The notes beneath the pieces are model-generated. The model saw nothing but the letters and a program-made list of their open reading frames with translations, did no database searches and was not told the origin of the DNA. Made by a program: the position numbers and the translations under genes. From contig JAZQTQ010000034.1 of the NCBI GenBank assembly GCA_045630885.1, positions 18,606 to 82,605 of the forward strand: DNA of 64,000 nt. The letters are read 5' to 3'. Below are positions 9,126 to 18,042 of this stretch, in pieces (positions within the stretch are counted from its first letter, which is position 1; every line of letters begins with the position of its first letter). The stretch comes from Acutalibacteraceae bacterium (GTDB lineage: Bacteria; Bacillota; Clostridia; Oscillospirales; Acutalibacteraceae).

Positions 9126-10145
9126 TCATAAAATCAGCATCGCATCGCCAAAGCTGAAAAATCTATATTTTTCTTCAACTGCTTGCTTATAGGCATTCAT
9201 TGTGTTTTCATAGCCGGCAAATGCAGAAACGAGCATAATCAAGGTGCTTTCGGGAAGATGAAAGTTTGTTATTATTCCGTCCATACATTTAAACTGATAA
9301 CCGGGATAAATGAAAATATCGGTATCTCCGCTGCATTCTTTGATTTCGCCAATATTTGCGATACTCTCAACAGTTCTGCAGCTAGTTGTTCCAACACAGA
9401 TTACCCTTCCGCCTTTTTCCTTGGTTTCATTAATTAAGTCTGCGGTTTTCTGCGGCATATAATAATGCTCGCTATGCATTTTATGCTCGGTTAATTCCTC
9501 GGCTTTGACGGGTCTGAACGTACCTAGTCCTACGTGAAGCGTTACGAAGCCTACGTTAACTCCCATTTCTTTTAATTCTTGGAACATTTCGGGAACAAAA
9601 TGCAAGCCCGCAGTAGGAGCGGCGGCGGAGCCTAAATTTTTAGAATAAACAGTTTGGTATCTTTCTTTATTCTCAAGTTTTTCCTTAATATAGTGTGGCA
9701 ACGGCATTTCGCCAACTCTATCAAGAATTTCATAAAAATTACCTTGAAATTCGAAATCGATAACACGATTACCGTCTTCCTTGACTTCAACCACTTCACA
9801 TTTAAGCTCATCAGAAAAGATAAATCTTTTTCCGACCTTTGCTTTTTTACCCGGTCCCGCTATTGCTTCCCATCTGACAGACGATATTTGTTTTAAAAGC
9901 ACAAATTCACAAAGAGACCCTGTATCCTCGCGCTTACCGAACATACGAGCAGGCAAAACCCTTGTATCATTTAAAACGAGGCAATCTCCCGCCTTTAAAT
10001 AATCAAAAACATTTATAAATTTCTTATGCTCAACCTTCCCGCTTTTTCTATCAAGAAACATCATTCTTGAAGCATTTCTTGGCTCTATAGGGGTTTGAGC
10101 AATAAGTTCTTCAGGCAAATCATAAAAGAAATCGCTTTTTTTCAT
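9126..10145 (-). CDS. queA: S-adenosylmethionine:tRNA ribosyltransferase-isomerase
   Basis: 339 aa. [23 protein letters not shown] and [12 protein letters not shown] are QueA signatures. It forms the queA-tgt pair. Confidence 0.95.
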   Translation of the reverse strand: MKKSDFFYDLPEELIAQTPIEPRNASRMMFLDRKSGKVEHKKFINVFDYLKAGDCLVLNDTRVLPARMFGKREDTGSLCEFVLLKQISSVRWEAIAGPGKKAKVGKRFIFSDELKCEVVEVKEDGNRVIDFEFQGNFYEILDRVGEMPLPHYIKEKLENKERYQTVYSKNLGSAAAPTAGLHFVPEMFQELKEMGVNVGFVTLHVGLGTFRPVKAEELTEHKMHSEHYYMPQKTADLINETKEKGGRVICVGTTSCRTVESIANIGEIKECSGDTDIFIYPGYQFKCMDGIITNFHLPESTLIMLVSAFAGYENTMNAYKQAVEEKYRFFSFGDAMLIL

Positions 10146-10262
10146 TAAAATATCACCGATTTTTCATATAATTATTTGACAACAGTCAAAATGTTTGTTA
10201 TTATTTAATTATACAGCATAAAACGCTTTAGTTCAATAGTTTTTTAAGGATGTGTTATAAAA

Positions 10263-11015
10263 ATGGTTAAAATCATATTAATCGGTGCAAACGGAAAAAT
10301 GGGTTCCGCCATAACTGCAACCATTTCTAACGATAAAAATTGCGAAATAGTTGCAGGTGTAGATAAATTCAAAGGCATAGAAAGATCCTACCCTGTTTAT
10401 GATTCTCCGAAAGATATAAAAGAGAGCGCAGACGTTATTATTGATTTTTCCAATCCCGAAGCCTTGTGCGACGTTTTAGATTTTGCAAAAGAGAATAAAA
10501 TTGGTCTTGTAATAGGAACGACAGGATTAAGCGACGAGCAATTAAAAGAAATTGACGATGCGTCGAAAATCCTTCCTGTTTTTAGTTCCTTTAATATGTC
10601 GTTAGGTGTTAATCTGCTGGTTGAGCTTTCAAAAAAGGCAGCTTCGATTTTAGGCGATTCCTTCGATATTGAAATCATAGAAAAGCATCACAATCAGAAA
10701 ATTGATGCTCCTTCAGGAACCGCTTTTATGCTTGCTAACGCCATCAATGAAACCCTTGATAATTCAATGCAATTTGAATACGACCGCCATTCCAAAAGAG
10801 AAAAAAGACGCGAAAAAGAAATTGGTATTCACTCGATTAGAGGCGGAAACATTGTTGGCGAGCACGAGGTTATTTTCGCAGGTAACGACGAAATAATAAC
10901 TCTTTCTCATTCCGCCCGATCAAAAGCTCTATTTGCAACGGGCGCCGTTAATGCGGCAAAATTCCTGGCAAACAAACCTGCCGGAATTTATTCTATGAAA
11001 CATCTTATTGGTTAA
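10263..11015 (+). CDS. dapB: 4-hydroxy-tetrahydrodipicolinate reductase
   Basis: 250 aa. Has the N-terminal GANGKMG Rossmann motif and the E(K)HHNQKIDAPSGTA DapB signature. Confidence 0.9.
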   Translation: MVKIILIGANGKMGSAITATISNDKNCEIVAGVDKFKGIERSYPVYDSPKDIKESADVIIDFSNPEALCDVLDFAKENKIGLVIGTTGLSDEQLKEIDDASKILPVFSSFNMSLGVNLLVELSKKAASILGDSFDIEIIEKHHNQKIDAPSGTAFMLANAINETLDNSMQFEYDRHSKREKRREKEIGIHSIRGGNIVGEHEVIFAGNDEIITLSHSARSKALFATGAVNAAKFLANKPAGIYSMKHLIG

Positions 11016-11030
11016 TTTTTCTAAAAGGAA

Positions 11031-11061
11031 ATGCTCTGCGAGTTCGCAGAGCATTTTTTTA
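11031..11061. terminator. Bidirectional terminator between convergent dapB and clpC
   Basis: Perfect 10-bp stem ATGCTCTGCG-AGTT-CGCAGAGCAT, followed by a T-run on the plus strand and by the T-rich tail TTCCTTTT on the minus strand. Confidence 0.6.
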
Positions 11062-13503
11062 TTCTTTGATAAAACGATATTCGTCGTTTTCATAGCCCAA
11101 AATAACCCTATCGCCTTTTTTAATCGTACCGTCTAATATCAATTCGCTTAGTTTATCCTCAATCCCGGATTGAATAGCACGTCTTAATGGTCTTGCTCCA
11201 TACACCTCATCAAAACCTGCATCGGCAACTGCTGATATTGCAGTTTTATCAAAAGATATTGCTATTCCCAGACTCTCTAATCTGACTTTTAAAGTATCGA
11301 GCATTTTCTCAGCTATTTTATAAATATCACCTTTGTTTAATTTGTTGAAAACAATAATATCGTCAACTCGATTTAAAAATTCAGGTTTAAACGTTTTCTT
11401 AAGTTCTGATAAAACGTCGTTTTTCATTCTTTCTTCATCCATCTCGGCGGAATCACCTGTCGAGAACCCGAAGGTAGTCTTCTTTTCGGTTATAAATCTA
11501 GCGCCTACGTTGGAGGTCATTATTATAACTGCGTTTTTGAAATCAACTCTACGCCCTTGAGAATCGCTTAATATTCCATCGTCAAGAATTTGTAATAAAA
11601 TATTAAACACGTCGGGATGCGCCTTTTCAATTTCATCAAAAAGAATAACGGAATAAGGCTTTCTGCGAACCATTTCTGTTAGCTTTCCACCCTCATCGAA
11701 ACCGACGTATCCAGGAGGAGAGCCAATCATTTTTGAAACTGTGTGCTGCTCCATATATTCAGACATATCGAGCCTTATCATAGCATCTTCGTCGCCGAAC
11801 ATAGCAGAAGCCAAAGCTTTGCATAGCTCTGTTTTACCAACGCCTGTCGGTCCTAAAAATATAAACGAACCTATCGGTCTTTTGGGGTCTTTTAAGCCAA
11901 CTCTACCTCTGCGTATTGCTCTGGAAACGGAGGAAACTGCTTCGTTTTGCCCAATGATTCTTTCGTGCAACTCGTCCTCTAATCTCAACAAACGTTGGCT
12001 TTCTTCTTCGGTTAATTGAGAAACGGGAATTCCGGTCCATTTTGCAACAATTTCTGCAATTTGAGTTTCATCAACCACACCGGAATAATGGCTATTCTTT
12101 TCCTCCCATTGTTTCTTTGTTTCCTCTAGTTCTCCTCTAAGTCTTCTTTCGTTATCGCGAAGCTCGGCGGCTCTCTCAAATTGTTGAGCTCTGATGGCTT
12201 CGTTTTTCTCTTCGGAGAGTCTCTTAATTTCGGTTTCTTTTTCTTTCAGGTCGTTTGGCGCTGTATATGCCTTCAATCTTACTTTAGAGGCCGCCTCATC
12301 GATAAGGTCGATGGCTTTATCAGGAAGGAATCTGTCCGAAATATACCTTGATGAAAGCTTAACAGCGGCAGAAAGTGCATCGTCGGTTATTTTAACCTTA
12401 TGATGTGCTTCATATTTATCTCTAAGACCTTTCAGAATAAGAATAGCATCCTGTTCGCTTGGTTCTCCAACCGTTACAGGCTGAAATCTTCGCTCTAAAG
12501 CCGCATCTTTTTCAATATTTTTCCTATATTCATCAATAGTTGTTGCGCCGATTACCTGCAAATCTCCTCTTGCAAGCGATGGCTTTAAGATATTTGCGGC
12601 ATCGGTTGAACCTTCTGCTGAACCCGCTCCGATAATTGTATGAACTTCGTCGATAAATAAAATCACATCGCTCGAATTCTTAACTTCATCAATTATAGCT
12701 TTGATTCTTTCTTCAAAATCGCCTCTGTATTTAGTTCCTGCAACCATTCCTGTTAAATCTAAAGAAATAACACGTTTATTTCTCAAGATTTCCGGGGCAT
12801 CATCTGCGGCGATTTTTAATGCAAGCCCTTCTGCTATTGCAGTTTTTCCAACTCCGGGTTCTCCAATCAAGCAAGGGTTGTTTTTAGACCTTCTGCATAG
12901 AATTTGAGTAACTCTTTCGATTTCTTCAAGTCTTCCAATAACGGGGTCTATTTTCCCCTCTTTTGCTTCCTTCGTTAAATCTCTTCCGAATTTTTCAAGA
13001 GTCGGAGTGGAATTTTTTTCATTTTTACCTGATTTCGATTTTTTATTTTCAACAAATTGGCGAGCATCGTCGATACTGAGCGCTTCATCAAGCAAACTAC
13101 CGGCATCTCCGCCTAATTCCTCGATAAATCTTGCGGCGTAATTGTCTGTATCACTTAAAACTCCAATCAGAAGATGTTCCGTACCAACATAAGATTTTTG
13201 CTCTGCTCCCGCTTCTCTTATTGCTGATTCTATAACTCTTTTGGCTCTTGGAGTTAAATGGTCGGGTGTAAGCCTGGTCGGACTACCTCTGCCGATACGT
13301 GTTAGCAAAAGTTGCTCTAAATCTTCGGCAGTTATTCCTCCTGCATTGAGAATTTCCGCAGAAGCAGACGTTTCTTCCCTTAAAAGCCCTAATAAAAGGT
13401 GTTCGCTTCCGACATAGGTATGCCCAAATCTGCCGGCTATATCTATCGCTATATTAAGAACCAGATTCGCTCGTTCAGTGAATCCGTTGAAACTATATCT
13501 CAT
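11059..13503 (-). CDS. clpC: ATP-dependent Clp protease ATP-binding subunit ClpC
   Basis: 814 aa. Has Clp N-repeats, two AAA+ modules ([18 protein letters not shown]) and a UVR-like linker. It is the last gene of ctsR-mcsA-mcsB-clpC. Confidence 0.95.
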   Translation of the reverse strand: MRYSFNGFTERANLVLNIAIDIAGRFGHTYVGSEHLLLGLLREETSASAEILNAGGITAEDLEQLLLTRIGRGSPTRLTPDHLTPRAKRVIESAIREAGAEQKSYVGTEHLLIGVLSDTDNYAARFIEELGGDAGSLLDEALSIDDARQFVENKKSKSGKNEKNSTPTLEKFGRDLTKEAKEGKIDPVIGRLEEIERVTQILCRRSKNNPCLIGEPGVGKTAIAEGLALKIAADDAPEILRNKRVISLDLTGMVAGTKYRGDFEERIKAIIDEVKNSSDVILFIDEVHTIIGAGSAEGSTDAANILKPSLARGDLQVIGATTIDEYRKNIEKDAALERRFQPVTVGEPSEQDAILILKGLRDKYEAHHKVKITDDALSAAVKLSSRYISDRFLPDKAIDLIDEAASKVRLKAYTAPNDLKEKETEIKRLSEEKNEAIRAQQFERAAELRDNERRLRGELEETKKQWEEKNSHYSGVVDETQIAEIVAKWTGIPVSQLTEEESQRLLRLEDELHERIIGQNEAVSSVSRAIRRGRVGLKDPKRPIGSFIFLGPTGVGKTELCKALASAMFGDEDAMIRLDMSEYMEQHTVSKMIGSPPGYVGFDEGGKLTEMVRRKPYSVILFDEIEKAHPDVFNILLQILDDGILSDSQGRRVDFKNAVIIMTSNVGARFITEKKTTFGFSTGDSAEMDEERMKNDVLSELKKTFKPEFLNRVDDIIVFNKLNKGDIYKIAEKMLDTLKVRLESLGIAISFDKTAISAVADAGFDEVYGARPLRRAIQSGIEDKLSELILDGTIKKGDRVILGYENDEYRFIKE

Positions 13504-13522
13504 AAAAAGTCCTCCTTAAATA

Positions 13523-14266
13523 TTAAGAAAATAATTTTTTAAGGGATTCTAAAAAACCTTCCTCCCTTTCAATTATTTGCAAAGCTATTGATTGTAGGTT
13601 TGCTATTGCTGCCGTTTCTGTTATACCAAGCGTTATACTATTCAATAAGCTATAACAGAAGGGTTGATTATTATATCTTGGTAAATTTATCTTAATTAAA
13701 TTAAAACCAATTTTAGAAACCGATTCAGATATATGATAAATTTCTCCGAGTTGCTCAGTACCTTTTAAAAGCATAACAACACTCGCTCTCATTCCCGTTC
13801 CGATATCTGCAGGATTTTCTGTTAAATATCCCAGTTGTTCGCTAAAAGCAATTTGAAGCTCCTCGGAAATTGCGTTATCAATGACGTCTGCCGTTTTATA
13901 AGCTTCCTCCAAAGATAATCCGCTATTAACAACCGATATTTTAATATGGTCCTGCTCCGAAAGCATTATGCCTATATTTTCATCTTTGGACAAAAGAAGA
14001 ATTTTATTCCTTCTATCACTAATAAATTCCTGACTGACAAGAGATTTATAAAACAAATGCTCAATATCATCATTTGAAGCAAATTCCATATCTATTCTTT
14101 TGAAGCCGAAAGATTCGCAAGCTTTTGAATTCGCGACCGCAGTACAGACAAGGTCGTTTACGGCTCTTTTTTGTTCATCATCCAATCGGTCGGGGAAAGC
14201 AAATCCCGCAAGATTTCTTGACAGAGTTATTTTAGAATAAATTGCAATACCTTCATTATTAAGCAT
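13523..14266 (-). CDS. mcsB: Protein-arginine kinase McsB homolog (short form)
   Basis: Phosphagen-kinase-like motifs are present: SRNLAGFAFP, EQDHIKIS, LGYLTENPADIGTGMRASV. The product is only 247 aa. Its position between mcsA and clpC supports the call. Confidence 0.75.
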   Translation of the reverse strand: MLNNEGIAIYSKITLSRNLAGFAFPDRLDDEQKRAVNDLVCTAVANSKACESFGFKRIDMEFASNDDIEHLFYKSLVSQEFISDRRNKILLLSKDENIGIMLSEQDHIKISVVNSGLSLEEAYKTADVIDNAISEELQIAFSEQLGYLTENPADIGTGMRASVVMLLKGTEQLGEIYHISESVSKIGFNLIKINLPRYNNQPFCYSLLNSITLGITETAAIANLQSIALQIIEREEGFLESLKKLFS

Positions 14267-14762
14267 TTTCTTCCCTTCCCTTCAATAAATTTATTTCATC
14301 TCGGATTTTTGCCGCTAATTCAAAATTTTCAACCTCTACTGCGTCTTTAAGCTGTTTCTTAAGTTCTTCAATTCTAGACGTTGAACTTAATCTTGGAGAG
14401 GAAGAAAGCGGAATTTTCCCTTGATGATGAGTTGCGCCGTGTATTCTTCTGAGGGTTGGATAAAGTTGACGATAAAAAGTTTTATAACATTCGGCACAGC
14501 CCATTCTACCCTTGCTCGCAATATCCGAAAAAGATGCTCCACATTGTTTGCAAACGTCTTCATATCCTTTTGGCATTTTGGGATTAAGCGCTTCATCATC
14601 AAAAGCAGAAGCCATCATATTCATAATTCCGAGTCTTCCGAATCTTCCCAAACCTGCGCCCGAAGCACAGTATCCACAAAGATTCATATCCGTAACCCTG
14701 CCATTAATAACCGTGTGTATATGAGTTGTTGCGATATACTTACCGCATTTTTCACATTTCAT
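14259..14762 (-). CDS. mcsA: McsA (UvrB/C-motif, zinc-finger activator of McsB)
   Basis: 167 aa. Has N-terminal CxxC pairs (CEKCGK...CGYC; CKQCG...CAEC) and a C-terminal UVR motif (FELAAKIRDEINLLK). It overlaps mcsB by 8 nt. Confidence 0.8.
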   Translation of the reverse strand: MKCEKCGKYIATTHIHTVINGRVTDMNLCGYCASGAGLGRFGRLGIMNMMASAFDDEALNPKMPKGYEDVCKQCGASFSDIASKGRMGCAECYKTFYRQLYPTLRRIHGATHHQGKIPLSSSPRLSSTSRIEELKKQLKDAVEVENFELAAKIRDEINLLKGREENA

Positions 14763-14782
14763 TTGTTTTAACTCCTTTCAGA

Positions 14783-15235
14783 TTACAGCAAAGATAAAAA
14801 CATCTGTTTTAACAAAGCCGCTCTAACGCTTGCTTTCGCTTCATTTGGAATATGATAAAAAACGTTGCCCGACAAAGCCGCCTCCATTAGCATCGCTGCC
14901 TCTTTGGAAATTAATTGAGAATGTATACAATTCTCAATTATAATTCTGGCTGTTGATAGATCAACCTGACTTCCCATCGAATTAATAATATGCATTATCG
15001 CCGAGGATTTTGACAGGCTAATTCTCGTTATTCTTATATATCCGCCGCCACCTCGCCGACTCTCGATAATATAACCGTGCTCAGGCGTGAACCTAGAAGA
15101 TAATACATAATTTATCTGACTTGGCACACAGCCTATCATTTCGGCAAATTCATTTCTTTGAATTTCCGCAACATTATCTTGAGAGCTATCAAGCATTTCA
15201 ATTATTCTTTTAGAAATAATATCACTTAATCTCAT
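14783..15235 (-). CDS. ctsR: Class III stress-gene repressor CtsR
   Basis: 150 aa. Has an N-terminal wHTH and the ESRRGGGGYIRI glycine loop diagnostic of CtsR. Confidence 0.9.
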   Translation of the reverse strand: MRLSDIISKRIIEMLDSSQDNVAEIQRNEFAEMIGCVPSQINYVLSSRFTPEHGYIIESRRGGGGYIRITRISLSKSSAIMHIINSMGSQVDLSTARIIIENCIHSQLISKEAAMLMEAALSGNVFYHIPNEAKASVRAALLKQMFLSLL

Positions 15236-15256
15236 TTTACACCTCTAAAAATAAAA

Positions 15257-15305
15257 GTTTGACCTTTGCTGACTTTATTATAAATCAAAGGTCAGGAAAA
15301 GTCAA
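15257..15305 (-). promoter_or_regulatory. ctsR operon sigma-A promoter overlapped by two CtsR heptad-repeat operators
   Basis: On the minus strand: TTGACT (15299-15304), 17 nt, TATAAT (15276-15281). Operator 1, minus strand, 15257-15273: AGTCAGC-AAA-GGTCAAA. Operator 2, plus strand, 15289-15305: GGTCAGG-AAA-AGTCAAT. Both resemble the consensus RGTCAAA-NAN-RGTCAAA. Confidence 0.6.
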
Positions 15306-15409
15306 TACGTTGTTTTGAAATGTTTAAAATTTATTAATAATTCCTCTTAGTAACACTTTAATTAGCCTTTGAATAGTATGTTCTTGAAGGCAGAAAGGAG
15401 GAAAACATA

Positions 15410-15544
15410 ATGTGTAACAACGGATTTGGCGGATGCGGCTGCTTGTGGATCATCATAATTCTCGTTTTATTGTGCTGCTGCGGAGGTACCGGCAACAACA
15501 ATAGTTGTGGTTGCGGTTGTAGCGATAATAACTGCTGCTGCTAA
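15410..15544 (+). CDS. 44-aa cysteine/glycine-rich small membrane peptide
   Basis: Below the ORF-track cutoff. AAAGGAGG RBS lies 7 nt upstream of the ATG. Translation is MCNNGFGGCGCLWIIIILVLLCCCGGTGNNNSCGCGCSDNNCCC (12 Cys, central hydrophobic helix). A strong terminator lies about 30 nt downstream. Confidence 0.6.
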   Translation: MCNNGFGGCGCLWIIIILVLLCCCGGTGNNNSCGCGCSDNNCCC

Positions 15545-15575
15545 AATTTTCTGCCGATAAACTCGGCTAACAAAA

Positions 15576-15605
15576 AGCCGTCTGGATTTCCAGACGGCTT
15601 TTTTA
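15576..15605. terminator. Bidirectional terminator (Cys-rich peptide gene / spoIVB)
   Basis: Stem AGCCGTCTGG-ATTT-CCAGACGGCT flanked by an A-run and a T-run. Confidence 0.7.
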
Positions 15606-15607
15606 TA

Positions 15608-16828
15608 TTACGATGCATCTTTTAAATTATTGTTTTGTTCCACGCTTTGGGCGGTTTCGAGCATATTTTCAGCGAATATAGCGTAGCCTTTTGTTGTGTC
15701 GTCGACTAATACGTGAGTAACTGCGCCGATTAGTTTTCCGTTTTGGATTATAGGACTGCCCGACATACCCTGAACTATACCGCCCGCTTTAGATATTAGG
15801 TTTTGGTCGGTAATTTTAATGAGAAAATTTTTATTCCCTTCATCATCAATTATCTTTAAAACCTCGCAAGAATAACTTTTGGGCTCGCCGCCATCAATAG
15901 TTGTTAAAATCTCTGCTTCGCCTTCCGATATTTCAAAATTGAACGCTACCGGATATAGATTTTCTTTCACTTGTTGCTCGCACACTGAATATATTCCATT
16001 TGGACTATTGGTTATCGCTTTTGAATATTCCGAAAACTTAAATCTGCCAAGCAACTCGCCTGCTCTTCCTTTTTTGCTTTTAGCAACAGAAAGTATTTCT
16101 GCTTCAACTAGGCTTCCTTTATTTATAGAAATCATTTCGCCTGTATCACTATCGCAAAGAGGATGTCCGAGCCCTGCAAGTATTTTGTTTTCACTGCTAT
16201 AAAACGTCAATGTTCCAACTCCTGCGGAACTATCACGAACCCACATTCCAAGATGATATTTATTATCTTCGGATGACAGAACCGGTTGAACCGTTGTTTT
16301 GAAAACGCTATTATTTCTCGAATACACGACCTCTAACGGACCTTCACCTACCGATTCAACAATTTTTTCAACCTGACTGTTTGTAAAAACATTTACGTCG
16401 TTGATTGAAATAATATAATCTCCGCTTTTTAGTCCGCTATCACTTGCAGGGCAGATTTTTCCGTATTTTGTCGGAAAAGCAGATAGGTTTATTATTAAAA
16501 CGCCGTCTGTATATAGTTTTATTCCAAATGGTTTTCCTAAAACGTTAACGTAGCTTCGGTTTTGAACACTAACCGAAGCTTCTTTTATAGGAAATACTCC
16601 GAACAGCTTGAAAACTACGTTATAGCTCTGCTTTTGAAATTCTCTTGAAACCGTTTCGCACGCATTTTCTTCTATATTGAAGCTTACTGCAAATGGCATT
16701 TCAAGATTATTTATATCGTCAGCTTTATATTTTGTTTGCAAATTTGAATACGCATAACACATCATCGCTATTAAAGAAAATGCAAGCATAAAAAGCAATA
16801 CACAAAATCTTTTATATCTCTTTTTCAT
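15608..16828 (-). CDS. spoIVB: SpoIVB peptidase (S55 signalling serine protease)
   Basis: 406 aa. Has an N-terminal TM segment, a PDZ region (GLKSGDYIISIND), and S55 protease motifs GTLTFY, GLGHPL, VQGMSGSPI. Confidence 0.9.
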   Translation of the reverse strand: MKKRYKRFCVLLFMLAFSLIAMMCYAYSNLQTKYKADDINNLEMPFAVSFNIEENACETVSREFQKQSYNVVFKLFGVFPIKEASVSVQNRSYVNVLGKPFGIKLYTDGVLIINLSAFPTKYGKICPASDSGLKSGDYIISINDVNVFTNSQVEKIVESVGEGPLEVVYSRNNSVFKTTVQPVLSSEDNKYHLGMWVRDSSAGVGTLTFYSSENKILAGLGHPLCDSDTGEMISINKGSLVEAEILSVAKSKKGRAGELLGRFKFSEYSKAITNSPNGIYSVCEQQVKENLYPVAFNFEISEGEAEILTTIDGGEPKSYSCEVLKIIDDEGNKNFLIKITDQNLISKAGGIVQGMSGSPIIQNGKLIGAVTHVLVDDTTKGYAIFAENMLETAQSVEQNNNLKDAS

Positions 16829-16919
16829 TATTATCCCCCATTTAATTTCTTATGTTTTTATTTTGCTTCAAAAAGCGCAAAATAAAGAGGGAAATAACTT
16901 CTCGAAATGCTAATTTTTT

Positions 16920-17201
16920 TTAAAATCGATTTTTGAACAGACCAAAGTTTTTTCTTTGGTGCGGTGGGTTTATGCCGACAAGAACTGTATCGGGGCCGAT
17001 AACCTTAATTTCATTCCACGGAATTATAATATCATCCTCTCGGCCTAAAACACCGAAGCACCTGCTCCTTCCAAAAATTACCAACGCTATAAGGCGTCCG
17101 CTAGAAGTATCTATTTCGACATCGCAGACGGGTCCTAACGTTATCCCGCTATCGACACATACCACCTGCTTATCCCGAAGCTCTGAAATTCTACAACCCA
17201 T
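16920..17201 (-). CDS. ymxH: YlmC/YmxH-family PRC-barrel sporulation protein
   Basis: ISELRDKQVVCVDSGITLGPVCDVEIDTSSGRLIALVI...IIPWNEIKVIGPDTVLV matches the YlmC/YmxH family. The start is set at the ATG at 17201 (GAGGTG 8 nt upstream). The track ORF starts 8 codons earlier. Confidence 0.8.
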   Translation of the reverse strand: MGCRISELRDKQVVCVDSGITLGPVCDVEIDTSSGRLIALVIFGRSRCFGVLGREDDIIIPWNEIKVIGPDTVLVGINPPHQRKNFGLFKNRF

Positions 17202-17264
17202 ATATAATTCACCTCTAAAATTCATTAATTCAATATATGGATTTTGGGGTTAATTTATGAGCGT

Positions 17265-17753
17265 TTATACGTTCCCTTTAATTCTGTTTAAAGCCGATTT
17301 TTCTAACCTTGATACCTGCGCTTGACTTATTCCGATTTCTTCCGAAACCTCCATTTGCGTTAATCCGTCAAAAAATCGCAATCTAAGAATTTTCTTTTCC
17401 CTTTCATTAAGGTTTTTTATCGACTCTTTAAAAGATATTTCATCTATCCAATTTTCATCGTCATTTTTATCTCCAATTTGGTCTAAAACATAGATAGTAT
17501 CCCCACTATCGGAATAAACCGGCTCATACAAGGAAACGGGATCAACGACGCTTTCTAAAGCTATAACCACCTCGTGTTTTTTCAATCCTAATTCCTTTGC
17601 AATTTCTTCAACTGTTGGCTCTCTTTGTAGTTTTGCTGTTAGTTTTTCCTTAACCTGCATTGATTTATAAGCAACATCTTTTATAGAACGACTCACTCGA
17701 ACGCTATTATTATCACGTAGGTATCTTCTGATTTCTCCAATAATCATCGGCAC
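17265..17753 (-). CDS. sigG: sigG 3' segment (regions 2.4-4 of forespore sigma factor SigG), separated from its 5' segment by an intervening element
   Basis: (V)PMIIGEIRRYLRDNNSVRVSRSIKDVAYK...DPVSLYEPVYSDSGDTIYVLDQIGD...LTQMEVSEEIGISQAQVSRLEKSALNRIK is near-colinear with B. subtilis SigG from residue ~98 onward (recalled sequence). There is no RBS or plausible native start. The reading frame begins inside the 10-bp att core. Confidence 0.9.
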   Translation of the reverse strand: MPMIIGEIRRYLRDNNSVRVSRSIKDVAYKSMQVKEKLTAKLQREPTVEEIAKELGLKKHEVVIALESVVDPVSLYEPVYSDSGDTIYVLDQIGDKNDDENWIDEISFKESIKNLNEREKKILRLRFFDGLTQMEVSEEIGISQAQVSRLEKSALNRIKGNV

Positions 17754-17771
17754 GAATATTGTTTGACGAAA
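17744..17771. repeat. attL: 10-bp core TCATCGGCAC plus element-side arm GAATATTGTTTGACGAAA
   Basis: The core is identical to 24423-24432. The arm is an inverted copy (16 of 18 nt) of TTTCGACAAATAATATTC at 24407-24424. Confidence 0.8.
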
Positions 17772-17824
17772 TAAGAATAAACTATTGTTTTAGGGGGAAA
17801 ATATTTTAAAGGAGAGCAAAAAAT

Positions 17825-18013
17825 ATGAAAAAGAATACCAGAGAAGAAACAAAATCCAAAAGAGGTTATCAAAGAAATTCAGACGATACTGCTTTTGATA
17901 TAATAACAAAATACGGAACCTATAATATTCAACCTACCGCCGATACTGAAAATCCTTACCCGAAAATCGCTCAGGGTCTTCCAAAAGAAAAAAGCGAACG
18001 AAAAAAACATTAA
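17825..18013 (+). CDS. Hypothetical 62-aa hydrophilic, basic protein (first gene inside the element)
   Basis: AAAGGAG RBS 9-10 nt upstream of the ATG, with a terminator hairpin immediately downstream. I recognise no family. Confidence 0.5.
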   Translation: MKKNTREETKSKRGYQRNSDDTAFDIITKYGTYNIQPTADTENPYPKIAQGLPKEKSERKKH

Positions 18014-18041
18014 AAAAAGCACCCCCGAAGGGTGCTTTTTA
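18012..18041. terminator. Bidirectional terminator inside the element
   Basis: AGCACCC-CCGAA-GGGTGCT flanked by an A-run and a T-run, between convergent genes. Confidence 0.6.
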
Positions 18042-18042
18042 A

